Assembly: GCA_030429735.1 (NCBI GenBank)
Contig: JAUIET010000008.1
Location: 74,726 to 138,725, forward strand
Direction of reading: 5' to 3'
Source: Gammaproteobacteria bacterium
GTDB taxonomy: Bacteria > Pseudomonadota > Gammaproteobacteria > Pseudomonadales > JAUIET01
DNA length: 64,000 nucleotides
Shown here: in pieces, positions 28,970 to 38,270 of the stretch
How the letters are laid out: the number at the start of each line of letters is the position of its first letter
How positions within the stretch are numbered: the stretch's first letter is position 1
Translations under genes and position numbers: made by a program
Notes under the pieces: generated by a model
Database searches by the model: none
Seen by the model: only the letters and a program-made list of their open reading frames with translations
What the model was told of the DNA's origin: nothing

Positions 28970-30109
28970 ATGCCACTTGTTCTTAACGAAGAACAGAGAA
29001 TGTTACGCGACAGCGTACGGGATTTTGTTAAAGACAATGCCAATGTCGACCACTTTCGGAAACTGCGTGACCAGGGTAATGGTCAGCCCTACGACGCAGA
29101 TACCTGGGCCAGCCTTGTTGAACTGGGTATTAGCGGGATTTGTATTCCCGAGGCTCATGGCGGGCTTGAATTTGGATACCTGGCCATGGGTGCAGTGTTC
29201 GAAGAATTCGGCAAGCAGCTGACGGCGTCTCCGCTGTTGAGCAGTGCCGTGTTTGGCGCTTCGCTGATTGAATTGGCGGGTACTGATACGCAAAAATCAA
29301 AGTACCTTCCGGCAATCGCCAGTGGCGAACTGACCGTTGCTGTTGGTATAGAAGAGGGCAGTCATCATGCGCCCCTGTACACCATGTTACCTCTAGTCGA
29401 GTCAGACGCTGGTTTTATTCTGAGTGGCCGCAAAGCTTTCGTAATGGACGGTCAATCGGCCGACATACTGATTGTCCTGGCCAGAAGTTCAGGTGGTCTT
29501 GGCGATACCGAGGGGTTAACACTGCTGTTGCTTGAAAAAGACCCTGCCGGCTTACAGCGCGACAATGTGCGCATGGTTGACAGTCGCGATTACGCTGACC
29601 TTGTGTTTATCGATGCCGAGGTCAGCGCAGACAGCGTGCTGGGGGATGTCGGAGAGGCTTTTGACCCGCTGGTATTGTCCCTGGACCGCGCTCGCGCGTG
29701 TCTGGCGGCGGAAATGCTGGGTGGCGCGCAGGAAATGTTTGACCGGACCATTGCTTACTTGCAGGAACGCGATCAGTTTGGCCAAAAGATCGGTTCGTTC
29801 CAGGCGCTGCAACATCGCGCCGCGGATATGTACACCGAGCTGGAACTGACACGCAGTACAGTAATGGATGCCTTGTCGGCACTGGATGAACAGCGCGATG
29901 ATATTAGCCAGGCAGTGAGTACGGCCAAATGTCGTATTAACGACACCAGCTTGCACATCGCCAACGAAGCGATACAAATGCACGGCGGCATTGGCGTTAC
30001 CGATGAGTTGGATATTGGTTTGTTCTTTAAGCGGTGCCATGTGTGTGTCAATTTGTTGGGCAACAGCGGTTATCACTCTGAACGTTTTGCAGGATTGAAT
30101 GGGTTTTAA
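28970..30109 (+). CDS. Acyl-CoA dehydrogenase family protein (probable non-catalytic partner subunit)
   Basis: ATG at 28970 follows AAGGA (MPLVLNEEQRMLRDSVRDFV). ACAD fold is present throughout. The track start at 28820 runs through repeat B and is rejected. By eye it lacks Glu at both canonical catalytic positions (LLGNSGYH instead of IYEGT; SLDRAR). Confidence 0.8.
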   Translation: MPLVLNEEQRMLRDSVRDFVKDNANVDHFRKLRDQGNGQPYDADTWASLVELGISGICIPEAHGGLEFGYLAMGAVFEEFGKQLTASPLLSSAVFGASLIELAGTDTQKSKYLPAIASGELTVAVGIEEGSHHAPLYTMLPLVESDAGFILSGRKAFVMDGQSADILIVLARSSGGLGDTEGLTLLLLEKDPAGLQRDNVRMVDSRDYADLVFIDAEVSADSVLGDVGEAFDPLVLSLDRARACLAAEMLGGAQEMFDRTIAYLQERDQFGQKIGSFQALQHRAADMYTELELTRSTVMDALSALDEQRDDISQAVSTAKCRINDTSLHIANEAIQMHGGIGVTDELDIGLFFKRCHVCVNLLGNSGYHSERFAGLNGF

Positions 30110-30111
30110 CG

Positions 30112-31314
30112 ATGACTGAGATTGATTACGACGCGTTTCGAGCAGAAACCCGAACTTGGTTGGAAGACAACTGCCCTGCGTCAATGCGCACGCCACCAGC
30201 AACAGATCGCAGTGACAATGTGATGGGTGGCAGCAAGTTTGACTTTAAATCTGAAGACCAGCGCGTATGGCTTGAGCGCATGGCTGAACGGGGCTGGACA
30301 GCGCCGGAATGGCCTGAACAATACGGTGGTGGTGGGCTGGATCCCAAGCAAGCGAAGATCCTGCGCAAGGAAATGGCCAGGCTGAATTGCCGGGCACCGT
30401 TGATAGGTCACGGTCTATGGATGTTGGGCCCCGCCTTGTTGGAATACGGCAGTGAAGAGCAAAAGCTTCAGCACTTGCCCAGTATCATCAATGGTTCAGT
30501 GCGCTGGTGCCAGGGTTACAGTGAGCCAGGCGCGGGTTCGGACCTGGCCAGCCTGCGTTGTAAGGCGGAAGACAAGGGTGATCACTATTTGGTGAATGGT
30601 CAAAAGTGTTGGACCAGTGACGGTGATAAGGCGGACTGGATGTTCTGCCTGGTGCGAACCGACGACAGTGGCCCCAAACAACAAGGCATCAGTTTTGTGC
30701 TATTCCCAATGGACACACCCGGCGTAGCAGTCCGCCCAGTACCGCTGTTAACCGGCGAATCTCATTTCTGCGACACCTTTCTGGAAAACGTTGTGGTGCC
30801 CAAGGAAAACCTGGTGGGTAAGGAAGGTGAGGGCTGGACCATTGCCAAAGCCTTGTTAGTGCATGAGCGAAACATGATGAGTTCCATGGACGATACAATG
30901 CCTGCGCCGCCCAAATCACTGGTGGAATATGCAATCGAATACGTTGGCCTGAATGAGAATGGTCGCCTGCGCGATCAGCGATTGCGAGCGCGTATGGTCT
31001 CGCAGATGATGAACAAACGCGCACTCGACCTGACCCAGTCGCGTGCTTTTGAAGAAGGTATGGCCGGTGTTCTGGATATGCGCATGACCTCAATTTTCAA
31101 ATACGCGGGCACAGAGAATATCAAGGACAATACCGCGCTTCTGGTAGACGTTTTGGGCCATTCAGGCTTTCGCTGGGACGCTGAAGAGCACTACGAAGAA
31201 ACCCAACGAACGGCGGCGTGGATGAATGCATTATCGTTCACAATTGCTGGCGGCAGTTCAGAGGTACAATTGAATGTGATCGCAAAGCGGTCTCTGGAAT
31301 TACCACAACAATAA
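30112..31314 (+). CDS. Acyl-CoA dehydrogenase family protein
   Basis: 400 aa, starting 2 nt after the upstream stop. WCQGYSEPGAGSDLASL and IAGGSSEVQLNVIA. A Glu occupies the IVD/LCAD-type position (LLVHERNMM). Confidence 0.85.
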   Translation: MTEIDYDAFRAETRTWLEDNCPASMRTPPATDRSDNVMGGSKFDFKSEDQRVWLERMAERGWTAPEWPEQYGGGGLDPKQAKILRKEMARLNCRAPLIGHGLWMLGPALLEYGSEEQKLQHLPSIINGSVRWCQGYSEPGAGSDLASLRCKAEDKGDHYLVNGQKCWTSDGDKADWMFCLVRTDDSGPKQQGISFVLFPMDTPGVAVRPVPLLTGESHFCDTFLENVVVPKENLVGKEGEGWTIAKALLVHERNMMSSMDDTMPAPPKSLVEYAIEYVGLNENGRLRDQRLRARMVSQMMNKRALDLTQSRAFEEGMAGVLDMRMTSIFKYAGTENIKDNTALLVDVLGHSGFRWDAEEHYEETQRTAAWMNALSFTIAGGSSEVQLNVIAKRSLELPQQ

Positions 31315-31326
31315 GCGGGAAGCACA

Positions 31327-33084
31327 ATGCTAGATACCTTGATCAAGAACTGCCAGCTCGTTGATGGCACGGGTGCAGCCCCCAGGTCTGCGGCAATTGG
31401 CATAAAAAACGGCCTGATCAAGGAAATTTACGAACAGCCGGCGCCCGAGGTACCGACTGCTGCGCAGGTGGATGCAAATGGTCAGCTGACTACCCCCGGC
31501 TTTGTTGATGTTCACACGCATTATGATGGCCAGGCCACCTGGGATGATCTGTTAGCGCCATCTGCTTATCACGGCGTAACCACTGCAATTATGGGCAATT
31601 GCGGTGTGGGTTTTGCACCGGTTCGGCCAGATGCCCATCAATTTCTTGTCGAGCTGATGGAAGGTGTAGAAGACATACCAGGCTCTGCGCTTGCTGATGG
31701 CATTAAATGGTCCTGGGAGAGTTTTCCCGAGTATCTGGACGCACTGGATTCGAACAAGCGAGCGATCAACATAGCCGCGCAAATGCCCCACGGTGCTTTG
31801 CGGGCATATGTGTTTGGCGACGATGCCAATGTCAATGCGCCAGCTACAGCTGCGCAAATTGCGGATATGGCCGCATTGGCGGGCGAGGCGGTGCAAGCCG
31901 GCGCTCTCTCATTCTCCAGCAATCGTATTCCAATGCACACCTCAGTGACCGGTGAGCCAGTGCCTGGTACCTTCGCTGAAGCAGGCGAATTAGTCGCAAT
32001 TTTAAATGCAGTGAAAGCGGCAGGCAGCGGCCTGGTCCAGGTGGTTCCGGCTGGACTGATGGGCGAAGATCCGGATGCACCTTTGCGAGAGCTGGAACTG
32101 TACCGGCAATTGAGTCTGGAAACCGGCTGTACCATCGCGTTCTTGACCGGACAGAACCATGTTAATCCTGAGATGTACCATGTCATCATGGAACAGACTG
32201 CCAAGGCCAATGCAGAAGGTGCAAGCTTGTGCCCATCCATTTCGCCCGGTGGTGGTGGTTTGTTAATGAGCTGGGATACGTTTAATCCATTTGCCGATCG
32301 GCCATCGTACGTCGAAATCGCGGAGTTGCCATTGCAGCAGCGTATTGAGTTGCTTTGCGATCCAAAGCGGCGAGCGCAAATATTATCTGAGCCTACCACT
32401 GCACCTATGCTGCAACACGCCCGAATGATATTAATGTCCAGCCTGGATTGCACGTTTGCCTGGGGCCATGTGCCGGTCTTCGAGCCAGAGCCGGAAGCGT
32501 CACTGGCGTACCGTATGGAGCACAACAAGCAAGATGCCGATAGCGCTATTTACGATTCCTTGTGCGAAGCAACCCGAGATGCGGACCCGGCAAACGGCCA
32601 GCCCGGCTTTCTTAAAGTGTTTATGTCAGGGTACAAGGGTGGTGATTTTCGCGCGACGGAGGAATTGCTGAAAGCAGACAGCACTGTGATCGGCTCATCC
32701 GATGGCGGCGCGCATGTCAATGTAATCTGTGATGCAAGTTACCCGAGTTTTATGTTGCAACACTGGGTTCGCGACCGTGATCGCGGCGCAAAATTATCTG
32801 TGGAGCATGTGGTAAAAATGATGACCCAGGACCCGGCAAGGCTGTATGGCCTGCACGATCGAGGCACTCTGCAGGCGGGTAAGCGGGCAGACCTCAACAT
32901 CATTGATCTGCCCGCCTTGAGCATGAAAGCGCCAAAAGTGGTTAATGATCTTCCCTCAGGTGCACCGCGTCTTATGCAGCGTGCCAGCGGTTACAGCATG
33001 ACAATGGTAGCCGGCCAGCCAACGTTCATTGATGATCAGGAAACTGGGAATCGACCTGGAACCTTGTTTAGATTAAACCAATGA
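31327..33084 (+). CDS. N-acyl-D-amino-acid deacylase (D-aminoacylase) family amidohydrolase
   Basis: 585 aa. LIKNCQLVDGTG...TPGFVDVHTHYDGQ and SDGGAH near the C-terminus. Confidence 0.8.
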   Translation: MLDTLIKNCQLVDGTGAAPRSAAIGIKNGLIKEIYEQPAPEVPTAAQVDANGQLTTPGFVDVHTHYDGQATWDDLLAPSAYHGVTTAIMGNCGVGFAPVRPDAHQFLVELMEGVEDIPGSALADGIKWSWESFPEYLDALDSNKRAINIAAQMPHGALRAYVFGDDANVNAPATAAQIADMAALAGEAVQAGALSFSSNRIPMHTSVTGEPVPGTFAEAGELVAILNAVKAAGSGLVQVVPAGLMGEDPDAPLRELELYRQLSLETGCTIAFLTGQNHVNPEMYHVIMEQTAKANAEGASLCPSISPGGGGLLMSWDTFNPFADRPSYVEIAELPLQQRIELLCDPKRRAQILSEPTTAPMLQHARMILMSSLDCTFAWGHVPVFEPEPEASLAYRMEHNKQDADSAIYDSLCEATRDADPANGQPGFLKVFMSGYKGGDFRATEELLKADSTVIGSSDGGAHVNVICDASYPSFMLQHWVRDRDRGAKLSVEHVVKMMTQDPARLYGLHDRGTLQAGKRADLNIIDLPALSMKAPKVVNDLPSGAPRLMQRASGYSMTMVAGQPTFIDDQETGNRPGTLFRLNQ

Positions 33085-33194
33085 AACATGGTATTTGTAG
33101 TAGCCTGATTCATGCCACCTGGGCTTCCAAGTCGGTCCCAGATGCTGGCAAAAATGCGATTTAATAATGTCAGAAGCTTATTGCAACGCCAGGT

Positions 33195-33884
33195 CTACGC
33201 GCGGTAAATTTCATCAGACACCCACATCACGGATCGCCGGCGGTCCACAAACAGATCTTCATCCTCACCAGGATTGCCGGCGTCAATACCTTTTGCCATG
33301 CCGGAAAAGAACGTTTCCATATCCGCAATATGCAATTCAGACACGCTGTCGATAGCGTGAATGCCAAAGCCGTGTTTCTCAGCCAGTGATCGCCCGGAGT
33401 CGAGGTCGGCGTGGAATTGCACGTAGCCCTCAATACCATGCAAGCCGATACCAAACTTGGCGTGCTCATGTTCATAGTGCTTTAGATAGTCTAAGTGGCT
33501 AAGGTCAGCGCGCCTGCGCATGCAGTATTGAAAACGGATCGGTGTTGCTGCTGATTCGACAAACACCTTATTGTCGCCAATCATTGCTGCGCTCAAGTCC
33601 AGATGAGCGTGCGCGCTCAGGCTTTCAGCGTTTTCTTTTAATGCTGCAAGCACAAGGTCTGAATCGATGTTGCTCTTTGTGAGCAATTCCAGGGATACAT
33701 CAAAAGCAAGTGGAAGCGCTTGCATATCACCCGTACCGCGCATCGAGTCTTCCGAATGAGCTGGCATTACCGTGGCGGAATGATCCGATTTGCTGGCAAC
33801 GTTATCGGCCAGCGAGCACAGTGCGTCACACAATGCGCTTTTGCGTGATGTGCGCGCAACAAAATGCAACAGCACTTTGTTCAT
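33195..33884 (-). CDS. Hypothetical protein, possibly a tandem EthD-like (dimeric alpha/beta barrel) protein
   Basis: 229 aa. Its ATG overlaps the upstream TAA (TAATG). The EthD-like call rests only on the pattern HYEHEHAKF...GYVQFH and is weak. Confidence 0.4.
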   Translation of the reverse strand: MNKVLLHFVARTSRKSALCDALCSLADNVASKSDHSATVMPAHSEDSMRGTGDMQALPLAFDVSLELLTKSNIDSDLVLAALKENAESLSAHAHLDLSAAMIGDNKVFVESAATPIRFQYCMRRRADLSHLDYLKHYEHEHAKFGIGLHGIEGYVQFHADLDSGRSLAEKHGFGIHAIDSVSELHIADMETFFSGMAKGIDAGNPGEDEDLFVDRRRSVMWVSDEIYRA

Positions 33885-34618
33885 TAGTCCAGCGTACCGA
33901 ACATCCAGTCATACAAGGGTGTTATGGAGCCGTAATTGCCGTGGTGCATGTCAATGTGGTGTATATGGTGCTTGGTGGTCAGGTAATCAATCGTTTTGAA
34001 CGGAAAGAAGTCCAGATTAAATTTGGTGTGGTTGATGGTATTCAATTGAGTCCAAATGACATAAGCCAATGCGGCAACGAGCGCGTGAATGTCACCCATA
34101 ATTGCTTGCGATGCAAACAGCGCAATCATAAATATTGAAAGACCAATAAACGTTTCAGCGGGATGCACATAATGCGCATCCGACCAGGAAGGGCTGCGGG
34201 CCTGGTGATGTAGCGCATGTGCTTTACGCATAGGCATCCAGTTACCATGAAACCAGAATCGGTGAGAAAGGTAGTAGATAAAGTCGTAGACAAGCAGCAG
34301 CACTACTATGTCAACCAGGTAGCGCCACCAGGGCATCGCCGACAAGGTTAACGTGAGCGGTGCCGCGACCAGTATCAGAAACAGATGGGCTGCACCACCA
34401 ATCCGCATATTGGCTTTGGCGATCGGGCGCCATTTGGGGTTGGCCATTTTCGGTTTATCTTCTTCGCGGTTCCACTCCCGCATTCGCTGTACATCCGCGT
34501 TTCTAAACACCAGCCAACGGCCCGCTTTGGTCAGGGCAATGGTGGCTACCAACCACACAAGAGACGCGGCCCAATGGTAGTTTTCTGCAAACCAGCTGCT
34601 TATTGTGTCGATACTCAT
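33884..34618 (-). CDS. Fatty acid hydroxylase / sterol desaturase family membrane di-iron enzyme
   Basis: Histidine boxes HRFWFH, HALHH and HHIHHIDMHH, plus several hydrophobic helices. Confidence 0.8.
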   Translation of the reverse strand: MSIDTISSWFAENYHWAASLVWLVATIALTKAGRWLVFRNADVQRMREWNREEDKPKMANPKWRPIAKANMRIGGAAHLFLILVAAPLTLTLSAMPWWRYLVDIVVLLLVYDFIYYLSHRFWFHGNWMPMRKAHALHHQARSPSWSDAHYVHPAETFIGLSIFMIALFASQAIMGDIHALVAALAYVIWTQLNTINHTKFNLDFFPFKTIDYLTTKHHIHHIDMHHGNYGSITPLYDWMFGTLD

Positions 34619-34622
34619 AGTG

Positions 34623-35798
34623 TCAGTCCGCTACGCCCACAGTTCCTTGTGCAAGTTTATCATTCCAGAGTCGGTACCAGTAAGTGATCAATGGCTCGTT
34701 TCGCCCGGAAACAACACCGTCGGGTAATCCGCCAGCTGCTATGCCTCGCTGGCATTGTTCTGCAGCATGAAGGTCTTCGTCTACGAATATTCGTTCGCCA
34801 AAATCAAACGATTCGGTGGCCGCTTTGCAAAGCTGCTGGTTGCTGGCCGGATCATCACTGCCCGTGAATACACCCGAGTAATACACGGTACTGGCGCCCG
34901 CGACTGGGCCTGGTTCTGCTCGGATCATCTGTGCCGCGCCCGGAACGGCGACAATGACTGTGCCAGGGAACACCGTGTGGTTGATAGCGCCCGGAAACTC
35001 TGAAGGCCAATCAGTTTCCGGGGTGTGCGCCAGATCCAGAATAGTTTTCAAAGAGAATGCCCAGCGCGTGTGTTGGCCATAGCAATCAACCACGCCATGA
35101 CTGCTCATGATTGGCGCCAGGCTGTCACGATGCAGGTTTTCAAAATGGTAACCTTCATTGCTTAAGCCGACGATTATTTTCCAATTGGCATTCACCTCGA
35201 AACGGCGGGTATCTATGCTGTTCATCGAGGCGAAATCGAAGTTCTCCAACGCTGCTTCAATGTCGCCCAGGAAGTCATTCACGGTATGTTGAGACATTGC
35301 CGGTGTCAGTCCGACGGTGAGTAGTCCGCCGCGATCAGAAACGGGCAGTGGGGTTAAACTCGTATCTTCCTGCTCTGGATTGGCCGTTGAAAAAGCGGCA
35401 TCTCTGCGCCGCCCCTTGAGTTTGCCGTCCAGATCGTAGGTCCAGCCATGAAAAGGGCAGCTTAGTGATTTAGCACAACCGTTACCGTCAGCCACTTGCG
35501 CGCCACGGTGACGACAGGCATTGATAAATGCGCGCAATTCGCCGTCAGCATTGCGACAGATCAGCAGCGGCCTGTCCAACACCGTGACGGCCTTATAAGA
35601 GTTAGGCTGTGAGACTTCGCCGGCGAAGCCAACCACCTGCGGGGTATTGGCAAAGAACAGTTCTTTTTCGGCCTGATGACGCTCAGTATCCGTAAAACTG
35701 AGCGAGGGCTCGATATAGGGCGCATCGCTTTGATCCGTGGTATCGCTTTGCACCCGGTGCAGCAAGCGCCGGCAGAGCTCTGTCAGGTCAGCATTCAT
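34623..35798 (-). CDS. Rieske [2Fe-2S] non-heme-iron oxygenase, alpha-only type
   Basis: CRHRGAQV...CPFHGWTY and NWKIIVGLSNEGYHFENLH. Confidence 0.85.
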   Translation of the reverse strand: MNADLTELCRRLLHRVQSDTTDQSDAPYIEPSLSFTDTERHQAEKELFFANTPQVVGFAGEVSQPNSYKAVTVLDRPLLICRNADGELRAFINACRHRGAQVADGNGCAKSLSCPFHGWTYDLDGKLKGRRRDAAFSTANPEQEDTSLTPLPVSDRGGLLTVGLTPAMSQHTVNDFLGDIEAALENFDFASMNSIDTRRFEVNANWKIIVGLSNEGYHFENLHRDSLAPIMSSHGVVDCYGQHTRWAFSLKTILDLAHTPETDWPSEFPGAINHTVFPGTVIVAVPGAAQMIRAEPGPVAGASTVYYSGVFTGSDDPASNQQLCKAATESFDFGERIFVDEDLHAAEQCQRGIAAGGLPDGVVSGRNEPLITYWYRLWNDKLAQGTVGVAD

Positions 35799-35924
35799 AG
35801 CGACATTCTAGGGAATTTAGCGCATGTTTGGGCGGCACATAAACCAATAGCAACGTAAGCCCCGTGGACAGCGGCAAACTCCAAACGTAGTCTATTGATT
35901 TGCTAATTAACACTCATCTGTTCA

Positions 35925-37409
35925 ATGCCCAAAAAATCAAGCTCAGATCAGCCCAGAGCACTTGCAGACATAAACGAGTGGTACGCACAATGTGATGTGC
36001 TGATTCTTGGTGGAGGTGGTGCTGGCATGTGCGCGGCCATTGAGGCCGCTGATGCTGGTGCGAGCGTGATCGTGCTGGAAGCGGCCAGCGATGCGGGCGG
36101 CTCCACAGCAATGGCCGGTGGTTTGATATACATGGGTGGCGGAACGCCAACACAGCAAGCGTGTGGCTTTGATGACGACATAGAAGAAATGTACAAGTAC
36201 CTTCTGATGGCATCGGGCCCCAACGCCGATGAGTCTAAAGTGCGCTTGTATTGTGACAGTACGCTTGAGCATTACACGTGGCTTACCGAGCAAGGTGTAA
36301 CGTTCAAACCGGAATACTATGCCGGTAAGCACACCAATACGCCGAATTGTGCGGGTTTGATGATTACCGGGAATGAAGAGGCCTGGCCTTACAATCAGCA
36401 TTCTGTGGCCGCGCCACGAGGTCACAAACCGCTGATAAAAGGCGATCACGGTGGCATTCCCTTGATGGAGAATTTGATTCGTCGGGCCACAGAAAAAGGC
36501 GTGTCGATACGCTGCGATGCCAGAGCGCTGACCAGTATTATGGATGGTCGCAGAGTATGCGGTCTTATAGCGCGCATTGATGGTCACGAATGCGCGTTTC
36601 TGGCACGGCGTGGCGTAGTGCTGTGCGGTGGCGGTTTCATTATGAATGACGACATGGTTGCTCGATACGCGCCGCGTCTTGTCCGAGGGAACTACCCCAA
36701 TGGCAATCCTAATGATACAGGTGCAGGAATCCGCATTGGCCTGGGCGCTGGCGGTGCTGCGATCAATATGCATGAGGGCTTTATCTGCACGCCGTTTTAC
36801 CCGCCTGGAGAGTTTCTGGAGGCTATGATTGTGGACGGTAATGGTCAGCGATTTATCAACGAAGATGTGTACCACGGGCGCATGGGCAGCGCGATTCTTG
36901 ACCGACCTGATCAACGCTATTACCTGATCATCGACAGCCGTCATTTTGACGTTCTTAATCGACCACCCAATGGCGGTTACCCGGTAGCGGGCACCGGTGA
37001 CACAATAGAAGAGCTGGAAACCGAATTGAAAATACCTGCTGGCGGCCTATGCAATACACTTCAGCAGTACAACCGGTTTGCTGCCGAAGGGAAAGATCCG
37101 TTGTTTCATAAGGCGGAGAAATACCTGACGCCATTAGATCAACCACCTTACGCTGCGTATGACCTGAGCATTGATGCGGGAGGCTACTTTGCGGTGATGA
37201 CCTTTGGCGGGCTGGATACCCTGACTACCGGTGAAGTACTGACCATTGAACGAAACACTGTTCCCGGCTTGTACGCTGCCGGTCGAAACTCGGCGGGTTT
37301 ACCGCGTTGCGCAGAGGGTTACGCCAGTGGCATGAGCATTGGCGACGCTACCTTTTTTGGCCGCTTGGCTGGCCGCTCCGCAGCGGCCAACACGCAAGGA
37401 TTGACATGA
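35925..37409 (+). CDS. FAD-binding dehydrogenase of the fumarate-reductase / 3-ketosteroid-dehydrogenase (FAD_binding_2) family
   Basis: DVLILGGGGAGMCAAIEAADAGASVIVLEAASDAGGSTAMAGG and C-terminal GLYAAGRN. Confidence 0.8.
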   Translation: MPKKSSSDQPRALADINEWYAQCDVLILGGGGAGMCAAIEAADAGASVIVLEAASDAGGSTAMAGGLIYMGGGTPTQQACGFDDDIEEMYKYLLMASGPNADESKVRLYCDSTLEHYTWLTEQGVTFKPEYYAGKHTNTPNCAGLMITGNEEAWPYNQHSVAAPRGHKPLIKGDHGGIPLMENLIRRATEKGVSIRCDARALTSIMDGRRVCGLIARIDGHECAFLARRGVVLCGGGFIMNDDMVARYAPRLVRGNYPNGNPNDTGAGIRIGLGAGGAAINMHEGFICTPFYPPGEFLEAMIVDGNGQRFINEDVYHGRMGSAILDRPDQRYYLIIDSRHFDVLNRPPNGGYPVAGTGDTIEELETELKIPAGGLCNTLQQYNRFAAEGKDPLFHKAEKYLTPLDQPPYAAYDLSIDAGGYFAVMTFGGLDTLTTGEVLTIERNTVPGLYAAGRNSAGLPRCAEGYASGMSIGDATFFGRLAGRSAAANTQGLT

Positions 37410-38248
37410 AGATAACGAAATTGGGCGGCCTGCTGGGTGCGCGAATAGAGGGTATCGACTTTAGCCAGAGCTTGAGCGACACACTGATTGAACAGATTGC
37501 GAACACCTTGTTTGAGCATCAGGTGGTGTGCATTGCCGCAGAACATATGAGCACTGAGCAACACGCGCGCATTGCCAGGCGGTTTGGTGAGCTTGAACAC
37601 AATGCAACCGATCAATTTGGCGTTGACGAGAACGTACCGTATTTAACCGTGATCGATTCAGAGAAAGGTGACCGCGCTGATTCATGGCACTGCGACGAGA
37701 CATTTCTCGAGCACCCGCCATTAGTCAATTTGCTGCACTGCAAACTACTGCCCGACGCCGGTGGTGACACTGCATTTATGAGCGCGGCTGCCGCGTACGA
37801 TGCCCTGTCAGACAAGATGAAAACGCTGCTGGAGGGCTTAACAGCGGTTCACGATTACGGTCACTTGTATGAACTTGGCTGGCGCTCCGGCATCCCGTTG
37901 GCGGAAATGATGGGAGACGTACTGGTAAAAGGGCTATTGCATTCGCACCCGGTTGTCAGGGAGCACCGGGAAACCGGTCGTAAGTGGCTAAGCGTTAACG
38001 CCACCTACACCCGCCACATCGAGGGTCTGACCCCGATTGAAGCCGATGCGATCTTGCGCCTGTTGTTGGCCCACATGCAGAAACCGGAATTCTGCTACCG
38101 ACATGCCTGGCAGCCAGGTGAGCTGCTGATTTGGGATCAGCAGGCTGTGCAACACTATGCGGTGCAGGATTTCACAAGCCGTCGGGTGATGCATCGTATT
38201 TCCGCGCTGGCAACGACGGAAACCTATAAAGGCGTAAAGCTGGCCTAA
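37406..38248 (+). CDS. TauD/TfdA family Fe(II)/2-oxoglutarate dioxygenase
   Basis: ATG at 37406 overlaps the upstream TGA (ATGA). MKITKLGGLLGARIEGIDF, WHCDETF (HxD) and GDTAF. The track start at 37307 is rejected. Confidence 0.85.
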   Translation: MKITKLGGLLGARIEGIDFSQSLSDTLIEQIANTLFEHQVVCIAAEHMSTEQHARIARRFGELEHNATDQFGVDENVPYLTVIDSEKGDRADSWHCDETFLEHPPLVNLLHCKLLPDAGGDTAFMSAAAAYDALSDKMKTLLEGLTAVHDYGHLYELGWRSGIPLAEMMGDVLVKGLLHSHPVVREHRETGRKWLSVNATYTRHIEGLTPIEADAILRLLLAHMQKPEFCYRHAWQPGELLIWDQQAVQHYAVQDFTSRRVMHRISALATTETYKGVKLA

Positions 38249-38270
38249 ACGTGTCGGTGGGCACGGTGGG

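Noticed and set aside
35943-36944. 333-aa antisense ORF inside the KstD-like flavoprotein gene. Similar long antisense ORFs occur at 48909-49868 (319 aa), 31638-32528 (296 aa), 29552-30202, 61280-61939, 50640-51328 and 16609-17163.
   Set aside because: Each lies entirely within, and opposite to, a gene with clear family motifs. Their translations are Arg/Ala/Gly/Cys-rich and low in complexity, with no recognisable motifs. They are typical shadow ORFs on the complement of well-conserved genes.
37307-37405. Upstream extensions of several ORFs in the track: TauD from 37307, msrB from 25572, SDR to 22970, aqpZ to 23785, Rieske to 8908, amidohydrolase from 17078.
   Set aside because: In each case an internal ATG or TTG coincides with the conserved family N-terminus. 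It also has a better ribosome-binding site or removes an implausible overlap with the neighbouring gene.
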